From contig CAWJCS010000005.1 in assembly GCA_963841435.1 (NCBI GenBank), positions 1,152,001 through 1,216,000 of the forward strand: a DNA stretch of 64,000 bases, in the 5' to 3' direction. The DNA comes from an uncultured delta proteobacterium. GTDB taxonomy: Bacteria; Myxococcota_A; Polyangia; Polyangiales; Polyangiaceae. The translations under genes and the position numbers were made by a program. This document shows, one piece after another, positions 37,750-48,058 of this stretch (the stretch's first letter is position 1; each line of letters begins with the position of its first letter). The notes beneath the pieces are model-generated. The model did not search any database. It had not been told where the DNA came from and saw only the letters and a program-made list of their open reading frames with translations.

Positions 37750-38968
37750 TCACGGCAAATAGGGGTCCAGCGCCGCGAACCAGAACGTCGGCCATGAGGT
37801 TGTAGCCGGTCTGGTTCGGATGGAGATTGTCGCCGAGGAGCGAATTCTTGTAGTTCGAGTCCGTCGTGAACGCCGTGTACATGTTGACGAGGACGATGTG
37901 TTGGCCCTGGGTCACGCGCGTCGAAACCAGGCCGGGCATCGCGGCGTTGTAGGTCTTGATGGCGTTGTTCGTCCCGTCCGTGCGCGACGGAACGATCTGC
38001 GCCAGGACGACCAGGATGTTCGCATCGCGCGTGTGGATGGCGTCGAGCAAGCTGCCGAGGCGAGTCGGTGCGCTCGAAACGCTGATGTTCCCGTTGATGT
38101 CGTTCGTGCCAATCATCAACGTGATGATGTGGGGCTGGTAATTCGGGATGCTCGTATTCACGAACGGCGCGATGCCGTTGTTGCCCTCGATCGTGTAGCC
38201 GCCGTGACCTTCGTGGTTCTTCGGGAACGTGACACCGTCGACCATCGGCACGCTGTAGTCGCTCGCCGAGCCGACGAACGTGATGTCGCGACTGGCGGCG
38301 AGCGCGAGGTGAAAGAGCGGCGCCCGGTAGCCTCCGGCGACGTTGTAGCCCTGCGTGATCGAGTCCCCGAAAGGCATGATCTTGCAGGGTCCGCTCGTCG
38401 GACAAGGCTGGTACCCGCTCGCGCCGCCGCTGCCCGCCGCGCCGGCACTGCCGCTCGCTCCGCCCTTGCCTGCGGCTCCTCCACCCGCGGCGCCACCGAA
38501 GCCGCTCGCCCCACCATCCCCGGCGTTCGAGCCCGCGACCCCGCCGCCGCCCGCCGTACCTGCCGCGCCGCCACCGGACATGCCGCCGTTCGCCGAGCCG
38601 GCCATACCAGCGCTCCCCGCGATCCCGCCCGCACCAGCAGGTGCGGACCCAGCCATGCCGGCTGCGGTACCCGCCACGCCAGCGCCTCCGTCCCCCGCCG
38701 CACCGCTGACGCCGCCCGAGCCGGACCCGCCCATGCCAGCGACCAGGCCGGTGCCTGCTGCACCGCCGCTGCCGGCCGTCGCCCCGCTCCCGCCGCCGCC
38801 CGCAGGGTTGCCCGACCCGCCGTTCCCTGCCGCGGGCTGGGTGGTGCCACCCGTGCCCGAGCCGCCGGTCGAGGGGGACCCGCCGTCGCCACCGCAAGCG
38901 GCGAGTAGGACCGCAAAGGTCGCGACGGGGAGCACCCAACGTATCGAACCAGATGGGCAATTTCGCAT
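37750..38968 (-). CDS. SGNH/GDSL hydrolase lipoprotein (CE3-like), +1 frameshift near the C-terminus (about 37784)
   Basis: Lipobox LAAC, Gly linker, PFGDSIT, HEGHGG, IGTND, DNLHPN; the corrected end reads MADVWFAALDPYLP*. Confidence 0.88.
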
Positions 38969-39163
38969 TTTCTTACTCGGGCTCCTCGAAGGGTCCGGAG
39001 CGACTGCGCAGACCCGTTCTTGAAGTGTGACGCACGAGGGCCGCCCAAGCAATCGTCGGATCGCCTGGCTCCCTTTCAGGACATGCCGGAAACCCGAGCG
39101 GCCCATGCAGCCCGGAGCAGAATAATCCGAGAGGGATTGAGCGTCAATTCCGTACAATAACCC

Positions 39164-40063
39164 ATGGCGATCGATCTCGACGGATTGCGTTGCTTCGATG
39201 CCGTCGCGTCCACGCTGCGCTTCCGCGCCGCGGCCGCGCGCGTGCACCTTTCGCCTGCCGCCTTTTCCGACCGCATTCGGCGGCTGGAGGAGGCGCTCGA
39301 CGCGTCGCTGCTCGCGCGAACCACGCGTCGGGTGACGCTCACCGAGGCGGGCGAACGGTTGCTTCCGTTGGCTCGGCAGGTGCTCGCCTCCGTGGAGGCG
39401 CTGCACGGCGCCACCCAGGCTGGTGGACGCCCGGGCCCGTACGAGCTGGTGCTCGGCACACGCTACGAGCTCGGGCTGTCCTGGCTGTGTCCGGCATTGG
39501 AGCCGCTAGCGCGCGCTCACCCCGAGCGCACCTTGCACCTGTTCAACGCCGACACCCCCGATCTGCTGCGGCGTCTGGAAGGAGGGCACCTGGATGCGGT
39601 CGTGGCGAGCATGCGGCTCACCTCGCCACGGCTGAGCTATGCGGCGCTCCACCCCGAAGAGTACGTGCTCGTGAGCGCCAAGCCACGCGCGAAGGGTGAT
39701 CGGCGCCTCCTGCGCCGTGACGACGCGAAGAGCTTCACGCTTTTGGACGTGAGCCCCGACCTCCCTCTCTTTCGCTACTTTCTCGACGCGCTGCCCGACG
39801 CCGAGCCTTGGCCGTTCGAGCGCATCGAATACCTGGGCGGTATCGGCAACATCCGCCGCCGCGTGCTCGACGGCGGCGGACGGCTAGCCGTCCTGCCTCG
39901 CTACTTCGTCGCGCAGGACCTCGCCGCCGGGCGCCTGATCCGACACCTCACTCGTGTGCGACTGCGCTCCGACGCCTTCCGGCTGATCTGGCGCACCGGT
40001 CACCCGCGCGAACGCGAGCTCGTGGCACTCGCCGCCGAGCTCCGGCAGCGCCCGTTGAGCTAG
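39164..40063 (+). CDS. LysR-family transcriptional regulator
   Basis: N-terminal HTH (FRAAAARVHLSPAAFSDRIRRLEE, RTTRRVTLTEAG); 299 aa. Confidence 0.92.
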   Translation: MAIDLDGLRCFDAVASTLRFRAAAARVHLSPAAFSDRIRRLEEALDASLLARTTRRVTLTEAGERLLPLARQVLASVEALHGATQAGGRPGPYELVLGTRYELGLSWLCPALEPLARAHPERTLHLFNADTPDLLRRLEGGHLDAVVASMRLTSPRLSYAALHPEEYVLVSAKPRAKGDRRLLRRDDAKSFTLLDVSPDLPLFRYFLDALPDAEPWPFERIEYLGGIGNIRRRVLDGGGRLAVLPRYFVAQDLAAGRLIRHLTRVRLRSDAFRLIWRTGHPRERELVALAAELRQRPLS

Positions 40064-40100
40064 GACCGCCGCAGCCTGCGCGGCGCCTCGGCACCGTCCC

Positions 40101-41519
40101 TCAGCGTCCATCCCGTGCGCCTCGCACCGACTCGTTCATCGTGGGCTCCGGAGAGCCGCCCGTCCCAGCCGGCAGCCGCCCGGCGAGAAGCTGGTCGGCG
40201 TCCGTGCGGAGCGTCCAGTACTCATGGAGCAGGTCGATGTAGCCCTGCGCCGCGGCGACTTGATCGCGCTTGGCCTGAAGGAGCTGGAAGACGCCCACGC
40301 CCATCGCGTTGTACTGGCGCTGCGTCTCCTCGAGCACCTGCTCGCGCAGTGGGAGTAGCGTCGTCTTGTAATACCGGAGGCTCTCCGCCGCGACCGAGAG
40401 TCGAGACGCCGTGGCCCGAGCACGCGCTCTCAGCCGCACCGCCGTGTCGGCGAAGAGCTTGCGCTCGCGACGCATGACCGCAAGCTCCATCGCCGTCTCG
40501 CCCCCACCCTGATAAAAGAGCGGCACCTCGAGCTCGGCAAGTGGGCCGACGCCCCAGCCGCCCTCGCGCCGCTCTGCCGAGACGCCCGCCCTGAGGTCCG
40601 GCACCCAACCCTCGAGGCGCGAAAGGTTCGCGCGGCGTGCCGCTTCCTCGAAGCGACGCCGTGAGAGGGCGAGATCGAGGCTTCTCTCCACGACGCGGGA
40701 CTCGATGTTCGCGAGCACGGCGTCGACAGGGAGGGGATCCGGCATGCTCTTGGTCGCCGTCCACTGAGCGGCGCCAGAGCCCCACAGACCCATCAGCGCA
40801 TTGAGCGTCTCTCGCTCTGCCGCGAGAGCGGCCTCCGCCATGGCGTAGGCGATCCGCGCCTCCTCGTAGAACGAACGCTCGCTCGCGAGCGCCAGGTCCG
40901 TGATGTTTCCGGCTTCGTGCAAACGTTCGGCCATGTCGACCGACGCGCGGAGCGACTCGAGCACCGTGCGCCGGAGCTCGAGCCGCTGCGCGGCCGCCTG
41001 GTAATCGAAGAACGTGCTCCGCGTTTCGAAAGCGAGCTCGACCGCCTTCGTTGCCACCTCGAGCTTTTTGGTATCGAGCGCCGCCTGACCCGCGCCGTTT
41101 CGCCAGGGCAAAAAGAGCAGCTCCGAAAGACCGAGGCTCGCATCGATGTCGAGCTCGGGGCGCGCTTCCGCTCCGTAACGCAGGGCGGCGCTCACGGTGG
41201 GATTGGGGAGCCGTACGGCGTGCACGAGCTTCCCGCGGGCGATACCGAGCTCCTCGAACGCGGCCTGCAGCGCTTGGTTGTCGTAAAGAGCAATTTGAAC
41301 GGCCGCGTCGGGCGTCAGGGGCTGGCGAAGCAGTCGCTCGGTCTCGGTATGGGCTCGCCTGCCCGATTCTCGTTCTTGCCAACGGACGTCCTTGCCCAGG
41401 CGCGCCGAGGTCAGTTCGCGGACGCCATCGTAGCCGGCTCCTTCGGGCACACAGCCGGCCGCGAAGAGGAGCGCCAAGAGCGCTGCAGAAGCTCGCGTGG
41501 GTTTTCGTCCGCGCTTCAA
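40101..41519 (-). CDS. TolC-family outer-membrane lipoprotein (copper-resistance associated)
   Basis: Lipobox AAGC, LTPDAAVQIAL..N..LQA, YNAMGVGVFQLL; TTG start overlaps the upstream stop. Confidence 0.85.
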   Translation of the reverse strand: MKRGRKPTRASAALLALLFAAGCVPEGAGYDGVRELTSARLGKDVRWQERESGRRAHTETERLLRQPLTPDAAVQIALYDNQALQAAFEELGIARGKLVHAVRLPNPTVSAALRYGAEARPELDIDASLGLSELLFLPWRNGAGQAALDTKKLEVATKAVELAFETRSTFFDYQAAAQRLELRRTVLESLRASVDMAERLHEAGNITDLALASERSFYEEARIAYAMAEAALAAERETLNALMGLWGSGAAQWTATKSMPDPLPVDAVLANIESRVVERSLDLALSRRRFEEAARRANLSRLEGWVPDLRAGVSAERREGGWGVGPLAELEVPLFYQGGGETAMELAVMRRERKLFADTAVRLRARARATASRLSVAAESLRYYKTTLLPLREQVLEETQRQYNAMGVGVFQLLQAKRDQVAAAQGYIDLLHEYWTLRTDADQLLAGRLPAGTGGSPEPTMNESVRGARDGR

Positions 41520-41752
41520 GGCTGGACCTCCGCGGGGGGCTTCTTGGGCACGAGCTTCATGACGCTTGGGATGGGCGCTTCCGCCTGCTTCGGAGCGAGT
41601 GGGTCGAAGCTCGGGCAGAGGGGCGCGCCGAGCTCGGGCAAAGGGGCCGTGGCCGCCGTGGCGCGACCCGGGTCGCGCGCCGTCGTCGAAAGCTCCGTCG
41701 GCGTGCAAGCCGCCGTGGCGACCCCTACCATCACTGCGATCAGCATCTTCAT
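41516..41752 (-). CDS. Small lipoprotein
   Basis: MKMLIAVMVGVATAAC signal; fills the gap inside the MCO-TolC operon. Confidence 0.55.
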   Translation of the reverse strand: MKMLIAVMVGVATAACTPTELSTTARDPGRATAATAPLPELGAPLCPSFDPLAPKQAEAPIPSVMKLVPKKPPAEVQP

Positions 41753-41764
41753 GATCCAAAGCCC

Positions 41765-43114
41765 TCAAACGGCGATGCCGTCGCGATCGAGGTCCTCGCG
41801 GCGTGCAAGGTCCGATCTCGTTCCAGGCGGGCTCTCGTACCAGCCCGGATCTTTGTCGTAGCCATCGAGCTCGTCCCGCACTTTCACGATCGTGAACATG
41901 CCGCCCATCGTGATGTAGTCGTGCGGCCCTTCGGCGTTGACCATGGCAATGCTGTTCTTCGGCGTTTTCATCTGCATCCCACCCATGTCACCCATCCCCG
42001 TTTCCCCCATGGTCATGTAGGCCGGCACCAGGGACCGCACGCGCCGATCGAAGGCCCCGGGCTTGACTCCGATCATGTTCGGGATGCCGTGCCCCATCTG
42101 GTTCATCACGTGGTGCGTCATGTGGCAGTGCATGGCCCAATCGCCCGGAGCATCCGCCACGAACTCGACATCGCGGGTGCTGCCCGTCGGGACGAGCACG
42201 GTCGTTTCGGGCCACTGCGCGGATGGAGGGATCGGACCGCCGTCGGTGGCCACGGTCTTGAAGTGGTAGCCGTGAAGGTGGATCGGATGATGGTCCATGG
42301 CGCTCAGGTTGCCGAGGCGAATGCGCACGCGATCGCCGGTCTTGCAGACGAGCGGGGTCGTGCCGGGAAACGCCTTGGCGTTCATGGTGAGGATGTTGAA
42401 GTCGGTCATCTCGTTCGGGTCGGGTCGCAGCGTGCCCGGCTTGATGCTCCACTCGCTGAGCATGATCACGAAGTCTCGTTCGACTCGATACGAGGCGGGC
42501 GGGCGGCGTGGATGCACGACGATCATGCCGATCAGGCCCATGGCCATCTGGGTCATCTCGTCGTGGTGCGAGTGGTACATGAAGGTGCCGTGCTGGCGGA
42601 ACGTCCACTCGTATTTGAACGTCTCACCCTGTTTGATGGCGCGCTGGGTCAAGCCGCCCACGCCGTCCATACCGTTCGGAAGGTAGACGCCGTGCCAGTG
42701 CACGGTCGTGGGGGCGGCGAGCTTGTTCGTGACGTAGACGCGCACGCGGTCACCCTCGACTGCTTCGATCGTGGGCCCGTGCACCCCGCCGTTGTAGCCC
42801 CAACATTTCGCGTGCAGCCCAGGGGCGAACTCGTGGTCCACCTCCTCGACCGTGAGGTGGTAGACCTTGACGCCGTCTACGACCTTGAACGGCAGCGTGG
42901 AGCCGCCGGGGGTCACGCTGGGCGTGTAGTCGCGTCCGGGCACACCGGGGGCGTCGTGAGGCTTGTCGACCGCACCACCGCTGTAGCTCGCCTCCCACGT
43001 GTGCGTGGTCGGCGCAGCCCGCGCCTCGCCACTGGCAAGTAGCGCGGCCCCTCCCGCCAGCGCTGCGCCCGTCAGAACCGCTTCTCGTCGCGTCACTCCT
43101 CGTTGCTCTGTCAT
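41765..43114 (-). CDS. Tat-exported multicopper oxidase
   Basis: TRRE Tat motif, HWHG, YHSH, HPIHLHG, HCHMTHH, Met-rich tail. Confidence 0.92.
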   Translation of the reverse strand: MTEQRGVTRREAVLTGAALAGGAALLASGEARAAPTTHTWEASYSGGAVDKPHDAPGVPGRDYTPSVTPGGSTLPFKVVDGVKVYHLTVEEVDHEFAPGLHAKCWGYNGGVHGPTIEAVEGDRVRVYVTNKLAAPTTVHWHGVYLPNGMDGVGGLTQRAIKQGETFKYEWTFRQHGTFMYHSHHDEMTQMAMGLIGMIVVHPRRPPASYRVERDFVIMLSEWSIKPGTLRPDPNEMTDFNILTMNAKAFPGTTPLVCKTGDRVRIRLGNLSAMDHHPIHLHGYHFKTVATDGGPIPPSAQWPETTVLVPTGSTRDVEFVADAPGDWAMHCHMTHHVMNQMGHGIPNMIGVKPGAFDRRVRSLVPAYMTMGETGMGDMGGMQMKTPKNSIAMVNAEGPHDYITMGGMFTIVKVRDELDGYDKDPGWYESPPGTRSDLARREDLDRDGIAV

Positions 43115-43738
43115 TTCTTTCCCTGCTCGTTTTCAGACTGGTCGTGCCTGCAGTGCAGCCATTGCCTGTGATCGACGCCGGCGAAAAGTCCTTCACGCCG
43201 AGCAAGCACCATGCCACCGAGAACCGCCCAGCTCACTCGCGCCGCTGCTCGCAGCCACCGACGGTAACGCGCGATCCAACGGGCGAACCGCCTCGAATTC
43301 CATGCGGCCGTATGGGCCCGCTTCCAGCAAGCCGCGCACCGTATCCGATCAGGTTACTTGGCGTGTCCGGCGCGGCCACGAGGGCGGCGAGTCTGGATTC
43401 GTGCCGCAGACCAACGAATCCCCACAAGGGCGCACGTTTGCCCGTGCGCCAAACCTGGCGATGTCGCGTCGGCAAGCGATATCGGTGTCGCGGGTCGTAT
43501 CGGCGCCGGACGAAAGGCGGCGCTCCTGCGCCGTCAAGGCGGGCAGCTACCGGGAAGCGCTGAATCCAGGATACAATCCGCCGTCTGCCTCTGCCCGCGC
43601 AGCAACGCACACGCCATGTCCTCCAACGCCACTCGCCCCGCCATACCGGGGATCGCCGCGGTGGGCGCCCGTAGCCAGAGCGGCCCGGAGCTCGGTCGCG
43701 GGGAATCGTCACCGCGGATGGTTCGGCCCCGCGCGAGT

Positions 43739-43747
43739 GGGGGGGGG
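43739..43747 (+). repeat. G9 homopolymer at the 5' end of the GT87 gene
   Basis: Nine consecutive G; the longest homopolymer I noticed in the window. Confidence 0.9.
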
Positions 43748-43752
43748 CCGAA

Positions 43753-45015
43753 GTGGCGGATTGGCTGAAACTGAGCGTCTACGCCCTCGTTGCCGCCGCG
43801 GCGCTCGCGCGCGCCCGGACGGCGCAAGCCCGCACGCGCAGGGTGCTCTACGCGCTCGTGCTGGGCGTGCTGGCGGTGGAGCTCCGGAGCTATGGGATTC
43901 AGATTGCGCGAGCGCTCGCGGCCCCCCCTGAATGGGACTTTCTCTGCTTCTGGCTCTGGGGGCGTCTGGCGGTCACGGGCGCGGACTTCTACGATCCAGC
44001 CGCCAGCGCGTGGTTCGCGGCGGGTCGAAGCGCCGACTTCGTGCACGAGATCATCGGCGTCGGCTTCTGGTACCCGCCTTGGAGCATGCTTCTGTTCGCG
44101 CCGCTCGGGCTTGCGTCGCCCGAACGTGCCCTCGCCGTCTGGTACCTCGTGCAGGCGTCGTGCCTCCTCGCTGCGAGCTGGCTCGCCTGGCGGCTGCTCG
44201 CGCCCCGCACCGGTAGGCTGGGCCTCCTCGCCACCGCCGCGCTGATCCTGGCGCTCCCGGCGACCCGGCAGACGTTCCAATACGCCCAGACGCACTCGCT
44301 CAATCTGCTTCTCGTTCTGCTCGCGTACAAAGAACGCGACCACCCGCGGGCTGGACTCTTTGCTGCGCTCGCCACGATGGTGAAGCCCTATCTCGTCGTC
44401 ACGTTCGGATTGCCGCTCCTACGCAGGAATTGGCGGGCCCTCGGTGTCGGCGCCGTCACGGTCGGGCTCGTGCTCGTCCTCACCGGTCTGTGCTTTGGTT
44501 GGGATCGTTTCCACACGTTCCTCGTCAGGAATCCCGCAGAGCGCTTTCCCGTCGGCGTGTTCAGCGAAGGTGTGAACCAATCGTTCTTCGCCGTCGCGCT
44601 CCGCCTCACCGGCATGGAGGAGCAAGCGCGGGAGCCGATGCTGCGTGCGATCCTGGAAGGGCTTGCGCTGATGGCGTCGGCCCCGGCCCTCTGGGCAGCA
44701 TGGATCACGCGACGCTCGGCCCCCCTGCTTTGCGGGTTTGCTCTTTTGTCGGCCGCCCTGCTCGCGTACCCCTTCACGCTCTCGCACTACGGCATGATGG
44801 TGGCGCCCGTCCTCGTGCTCCTTGCGGTTGGCAGCTCCACGACCACGGCGCGCCAGGCCCTCGGTGCGGCGCTGATCGTCGCGGTCGTCTTCCTCTCCGG
44901 CGCCAGGGGCGCCGGCCAGGCCTTCTGGGCGTTGGTGCTGGTGATCGGGTGGATCGTTTTCGAGGCGGTTCGCGTCTCGAGGCAAAGCGCGACGGGTGAA
45001 GTGAGCGAGACGTAG
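43753..45015 (+). CDS. GT87/DUF2029-like membrane glycosyltransferase (GT-C)
   Basis: DF..FW, FWYPP, AQTH, MVKPY, NQSF, HY motifs; multiple TM helices. Confidence 0.8.
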   Translation: MADWLKLSVYALVAAAALARARTAQARTRRVLYALVLGVLAVELRSYGIQIARALAAPPEWDFLCFWLWGRLAVTGADFYDPAASAWFAAGRSADFVHEIIGVGFWYPPWSMLLFAPLGLASPERALAVWYLVQASCLLAASWLAWRLLAPRTGRLGLLATAALILALPATRQTFQYAQTHSLNLLLVLLAYKERDHPRAGLFAALATMVKPYLVVTFGLPLLRRNWRALGVGAVTVGLVLVLTGLCFGWDRFHTFLVRNPAERFPVGVFSEGVNQSFFAVALRLTGMEEQAREPMLRAILEGLALMASAPALWAAWITRRSAPLLCGFALLSAALLAYPFTLSHYGMMVAPVLVLLAVGSSTTTARQALGAALIVAVVFLSGARGAGQAFWALVLVIGWIVFEAVRVSRQSATGEVSET

Positions 45016-45214
45016 GCAGCGGCGCATCCTCCACGAGCAGTTCGTGCAACGCTTTCGTGCCGGTCCGCTCGTCGCGGGAACGCTGATGTTCTGGGGCTTC
45101 TTCGCCGGTCGTCCACGCTTCCGACGAGTGAAGGTCGGGAAAACGTTTGACGGAAAATGAGCCGCCAAACCACTGCGATCTTGTCGTGGTGCCCCACGAC
45201 GCCCGGCCCCGCCA

Positions 45215-48004
45215 ATGACCAGCACCCGACGATCGAGCCACGCGTTAACTTTTTGCCTAGTCGTGACGGCCACTTGCGCGGCCTCGTGCGGGGACGAGTC
45301 CTCCGGAGCCCGGGGAGCCGGCGGCGGCGCGGGAGCGCCGGGCTCGGGAGGAACGGGCCAGGGTGGCAGCGGCGGAGCGACCGGTGCCGGAGGCGCGACA
45401 GGAGGGTCGGCCGGCACGGGTGGAACTGCTGGGCTATCGGGCGGTAGCGGCGACGGGCCGAGCGGTGGGACGGCGGGCGGCGCGGGAACGGATTCGGCGG
45501 GCACGAGCGGCACGACCGACACCGGGGGTACCGGCGACGGCGGAACGAGTGGCAGCGACGGAGCACCCGGCGGCGCGGGAGGCGGCGCCGGCACGGCGGG
45601 GGGCGGCGCGGGCACGGCCGGCATGGGCGGTGCTGCGGGCGGGACCGGCGCGCCGGGAAGGTCGATCCACAACGGGCGGCGCGGCGAAGGCTTCAACGAC
45701 GGCTGGAAGTTCAACCGCGGCGACGTATCGAACGCAGAGGCCTCGAGTTTCGACGACTCGGGCTGGAAGAGCCTCACGCTGCCGCACGACTGGAGCATCG
45801 AGCTCGCGTTCAACTCGAGCTCGCCCGGCGGGTCGAATGCCGGCTACCTCGACGGCGGCGTGGGTTGGTACCGAAAGAGCTTCACGGTCGATCAGGCAGC
45901 GAACGGCAAGCGCATCCTGATCGATTTCGACGGCGTCTACATGAACAGCGAGGTCTGGATCAACGGCACCTCGCTCGGCACGCGGCCCTACGGGTACTCG
46001 AGCTTCGAGTACGACCTCACGCCTTACGTCACGTTCGGCGGCAACAACGTCATCGCCGTGCGCGCAAACAACAACCAGCCCAACAGCCGCTTTTACTCGG
46101 GCAGCGGCATCTACCGCAACGTCTGGCTCGTCACGCTCGACCCGGTTCACGTCCCGTACAACGGCGTGTTCGTGACGACGCCGTCGATCTCGAGCGCGTC
46201 GGCGACGGTGTCGGTGGCCACCGAGGTCCAGAACCAGGGCTCGGGTGCCGCGTCCGTGACCACAACCTCGACCGTACTCGGACCCTCCGGCGCGGTGGTG
46301 ACGTCGGCGGACAGCGGCGCCACCAACGTCGCGGCGAACGCTACGTCCACCGTCAGCAAGATGCTGACGGTGCCGTCACCCGAGCTCTGGTCGCTCGGCG
46401 CGCCCAACCGCTACCAGGTGAAGGTCGAGGTCAAGGTCGGCGGCGCGGTGGTCAACACGTACCTTGCGCCGCTCGGGTTCCGAACGGCGGCGTTCGACGC
46501 CAACACCGGCTTCTCGCTCAACGGGCAGAACACGAAGATCCACGGGGTCAACATGCACCACGACCTCGGGGCGCTCGGCGCCGCGATCAACTACCGGGCC
46601 ATCGAGCGCCAGGTGGAGATCCTCAAGGGCATGGGCGTGAACGCCATCCGCACGTCCCACAACCCGCCCGCGCCCGAGTTGCTCGACATCACCGACCGGC
46701 TCGGCGTCCTCATCCTCGACGAAGCGTTCGACACCTGGACGCAGACCAAGACCACGAACGACTACGGCAAAGACTTCTCGACCTGGGCGCAACGGGACAT
46801 CCAGAACATGGTCAAGCGGGACCGCAACCATCCCAGCATCATCCTGTGGAGCATCGGCAACGAGGTCGGCGGGTCAACGACCTCGACGGCGACGAGCCTC
46901 ATCAACTGGGTCAAGGCGCTGGACACGACGCGCGCGATCACCTGGGCGTCCAACAAGATGGGCGGCCCGCACGTGAGCGAGGGCGACGACCGCAACGTCG
47001 CCAACCTGCTGGACGTCGTCGGCTACAACTACGCCCCTTACGCCGGCGACTACGACGCAGACCACTCTGCCCACCCCACCTGGAAGCTCCTCGGCACCGA
47101 GATCGCGGCCGCCGTGCGCAGCCGCGGCATCTACCACACGCCGGCGGGCACCATCACCAAGGCGACCTCGCAGTCGAGCCCGGACCGGCAGTGCTCGTCG
47201 TACGACAACGAGGCCGCGGGCTTCGGCGACAGCGCGCAAAACTCCTACAACTACGAAAATTCGCGGGCGTTCGTCGCCGGCTCGTTCATCTGGGCGGGGT
47301 TCGACTACATCGGCGAGCCGACGCCCTATTCGTCGTGGCCGTCGAAGAGCTCGTACTACGGCGCCATCGACACGGCCGGCTTCCCGAAGGACGTGTACTA
47401 CTTCTACAAGAGCCGCTGGACGAGCGCGCCCATGGTTCACCTGCTGCCGCACTGGAACTGGACGTCGGGCACGATGGTGACGGTGTACGCTTACAACAAC
47501 TGCGACAGCGTCGAGCTGTTCCTGAACGACGCGTCGCAGGGGTCCAAGAGCATGAGCGGGGGTGCGCTACGCGCGGAGTGGACCGTGGCGTGGGCCTCGG
47601 GGACCCTGCACGCGGACTGCAAGGTCGGCGGCAGCGTGGTCGCGAGCGACGAGAAGCGCACGGCTGGGAACGCGTCGAAAGTCGCGCTATCTGCCGACAG
47701 GACCACCATCGACGCCGAAGGCCTGGACCTTTCGTTCATCACGGCCGACATCCAGGACACGAACGGCGTCATGGTTCCCGACGCCGCAAGCTCGGTCAGC
47801 TTCAGCGTCTCGGGTCCCGGCGAGCTCGTGGGCGTCAACAACGGCAACCCCACCGACACGACGTCTTACAAGAGCGCGAGCCGCAAGGCGTTCAGCGGCA
47901 AGGTGCTCGCCATCGTGCGCTCCACGGGCGCACCGGGGACCATCACCGTCAACGCCACCTCGTCGGGGCTCACGGCCGGCGCGGCGATGGTAACGGCCGA
48001 GTAG
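45215..48004 (+). CDS. GH2 glycoside hydrolase (beta-galactosidase-like) lipoprotein
   Basis: LPHDWSIE, FDGVYMN, SGSGIYR, GVNMHHD, IRTSHNP, WSIGNE, WAGFDYIGEP; Gly-rich linker after the lipobox. Confidence 0.93.
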   Translation: MTSTRRSSHALTFCLVVTATCAASCGDESSGARGAGGGAGAPGSGGTGQGGSGGATGAGGATGGSAGTGGTAGLSGGSGDGPSGGTAGGAGTDSAGTSGTTDTGGTGDGGTSGSDGAPGGAGGGAGTAGGGAGTAGMGGAAGGTGAPGRSIHNGRRGEGFNDGWKFNRGDVSNAEASSFDDSGWKSLTLPHDWSIELAFNSSSPGGSNAGYLDGGVGWYRKSFTVDQAANGKRILIDFDGVYMNSEVWINGTSLGTRPYGYSSFEYDLTPYVTFGGNNVIAVRANNNQPNSRFYSGSGIYRNVWLVTLDPVHVPYNGVFVTTPSISSASATVSVATEVQNQGSGAASVTTTSTVLGPSGAVVTSADSGATNVAANATSTVSKMLTVPSPELWSLGAPNRYQVKVEVKVGGAVVNTYLAPLGFRTAAFDANTGFSLNGQNTKIHGVNMHHDLGALGAAINYRAIERQVEILKGMGVNAIRTSHNPPAPELLDITDRLGVLILDEAFDTWTQTKTTNDYGKDFSTWAQRDIQNMVKRDRNHPSIILWSIGNEVGGSTTSTATSLINWVKALDTTRAITWASNKMGGPHVSEGDDRNVANLLDVVGYNYAPYAGDYDADHSAHPTWKLLGTEIAAAVRSRGIYHTPAGTITKATSQSSPDRQCSSYDNEAAGFGDSAQNSYNYENSRAFVAGSFIWAGFDYIGEPTPYSSWPSKSSYYGAIDTAGFPKDVYYFYKSRWTSAPMVHLLPHWNWTSGTMVTVYAYNNCDSVELFLNDASQGSKSMSGGALRAEWTVAWASGTLHADCKVGGSVVASDEKRTAGNASKVALSADRTTIDAEGLDLSFITADIQDTNGVMVPDAASSVSFSVSGPGELVGVNNGNPTDTTSYKSASRKAFSGKVLAIVRSTGAPGTITVNATSSGLTAGAAMVTAE

Positions 48005-48058
48005 GGGTGTGCGGCCCCGGCTTGCTCTCAATGGTGACGTCCTGCATCCTTCCAATCC

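Noticed and set aside
43115..43615. Several overlapping ORFs upstream of the multicopper oxidase
   Set aside because: No motifs or convincing codon pattern in any frame I read; treated as intergenic.
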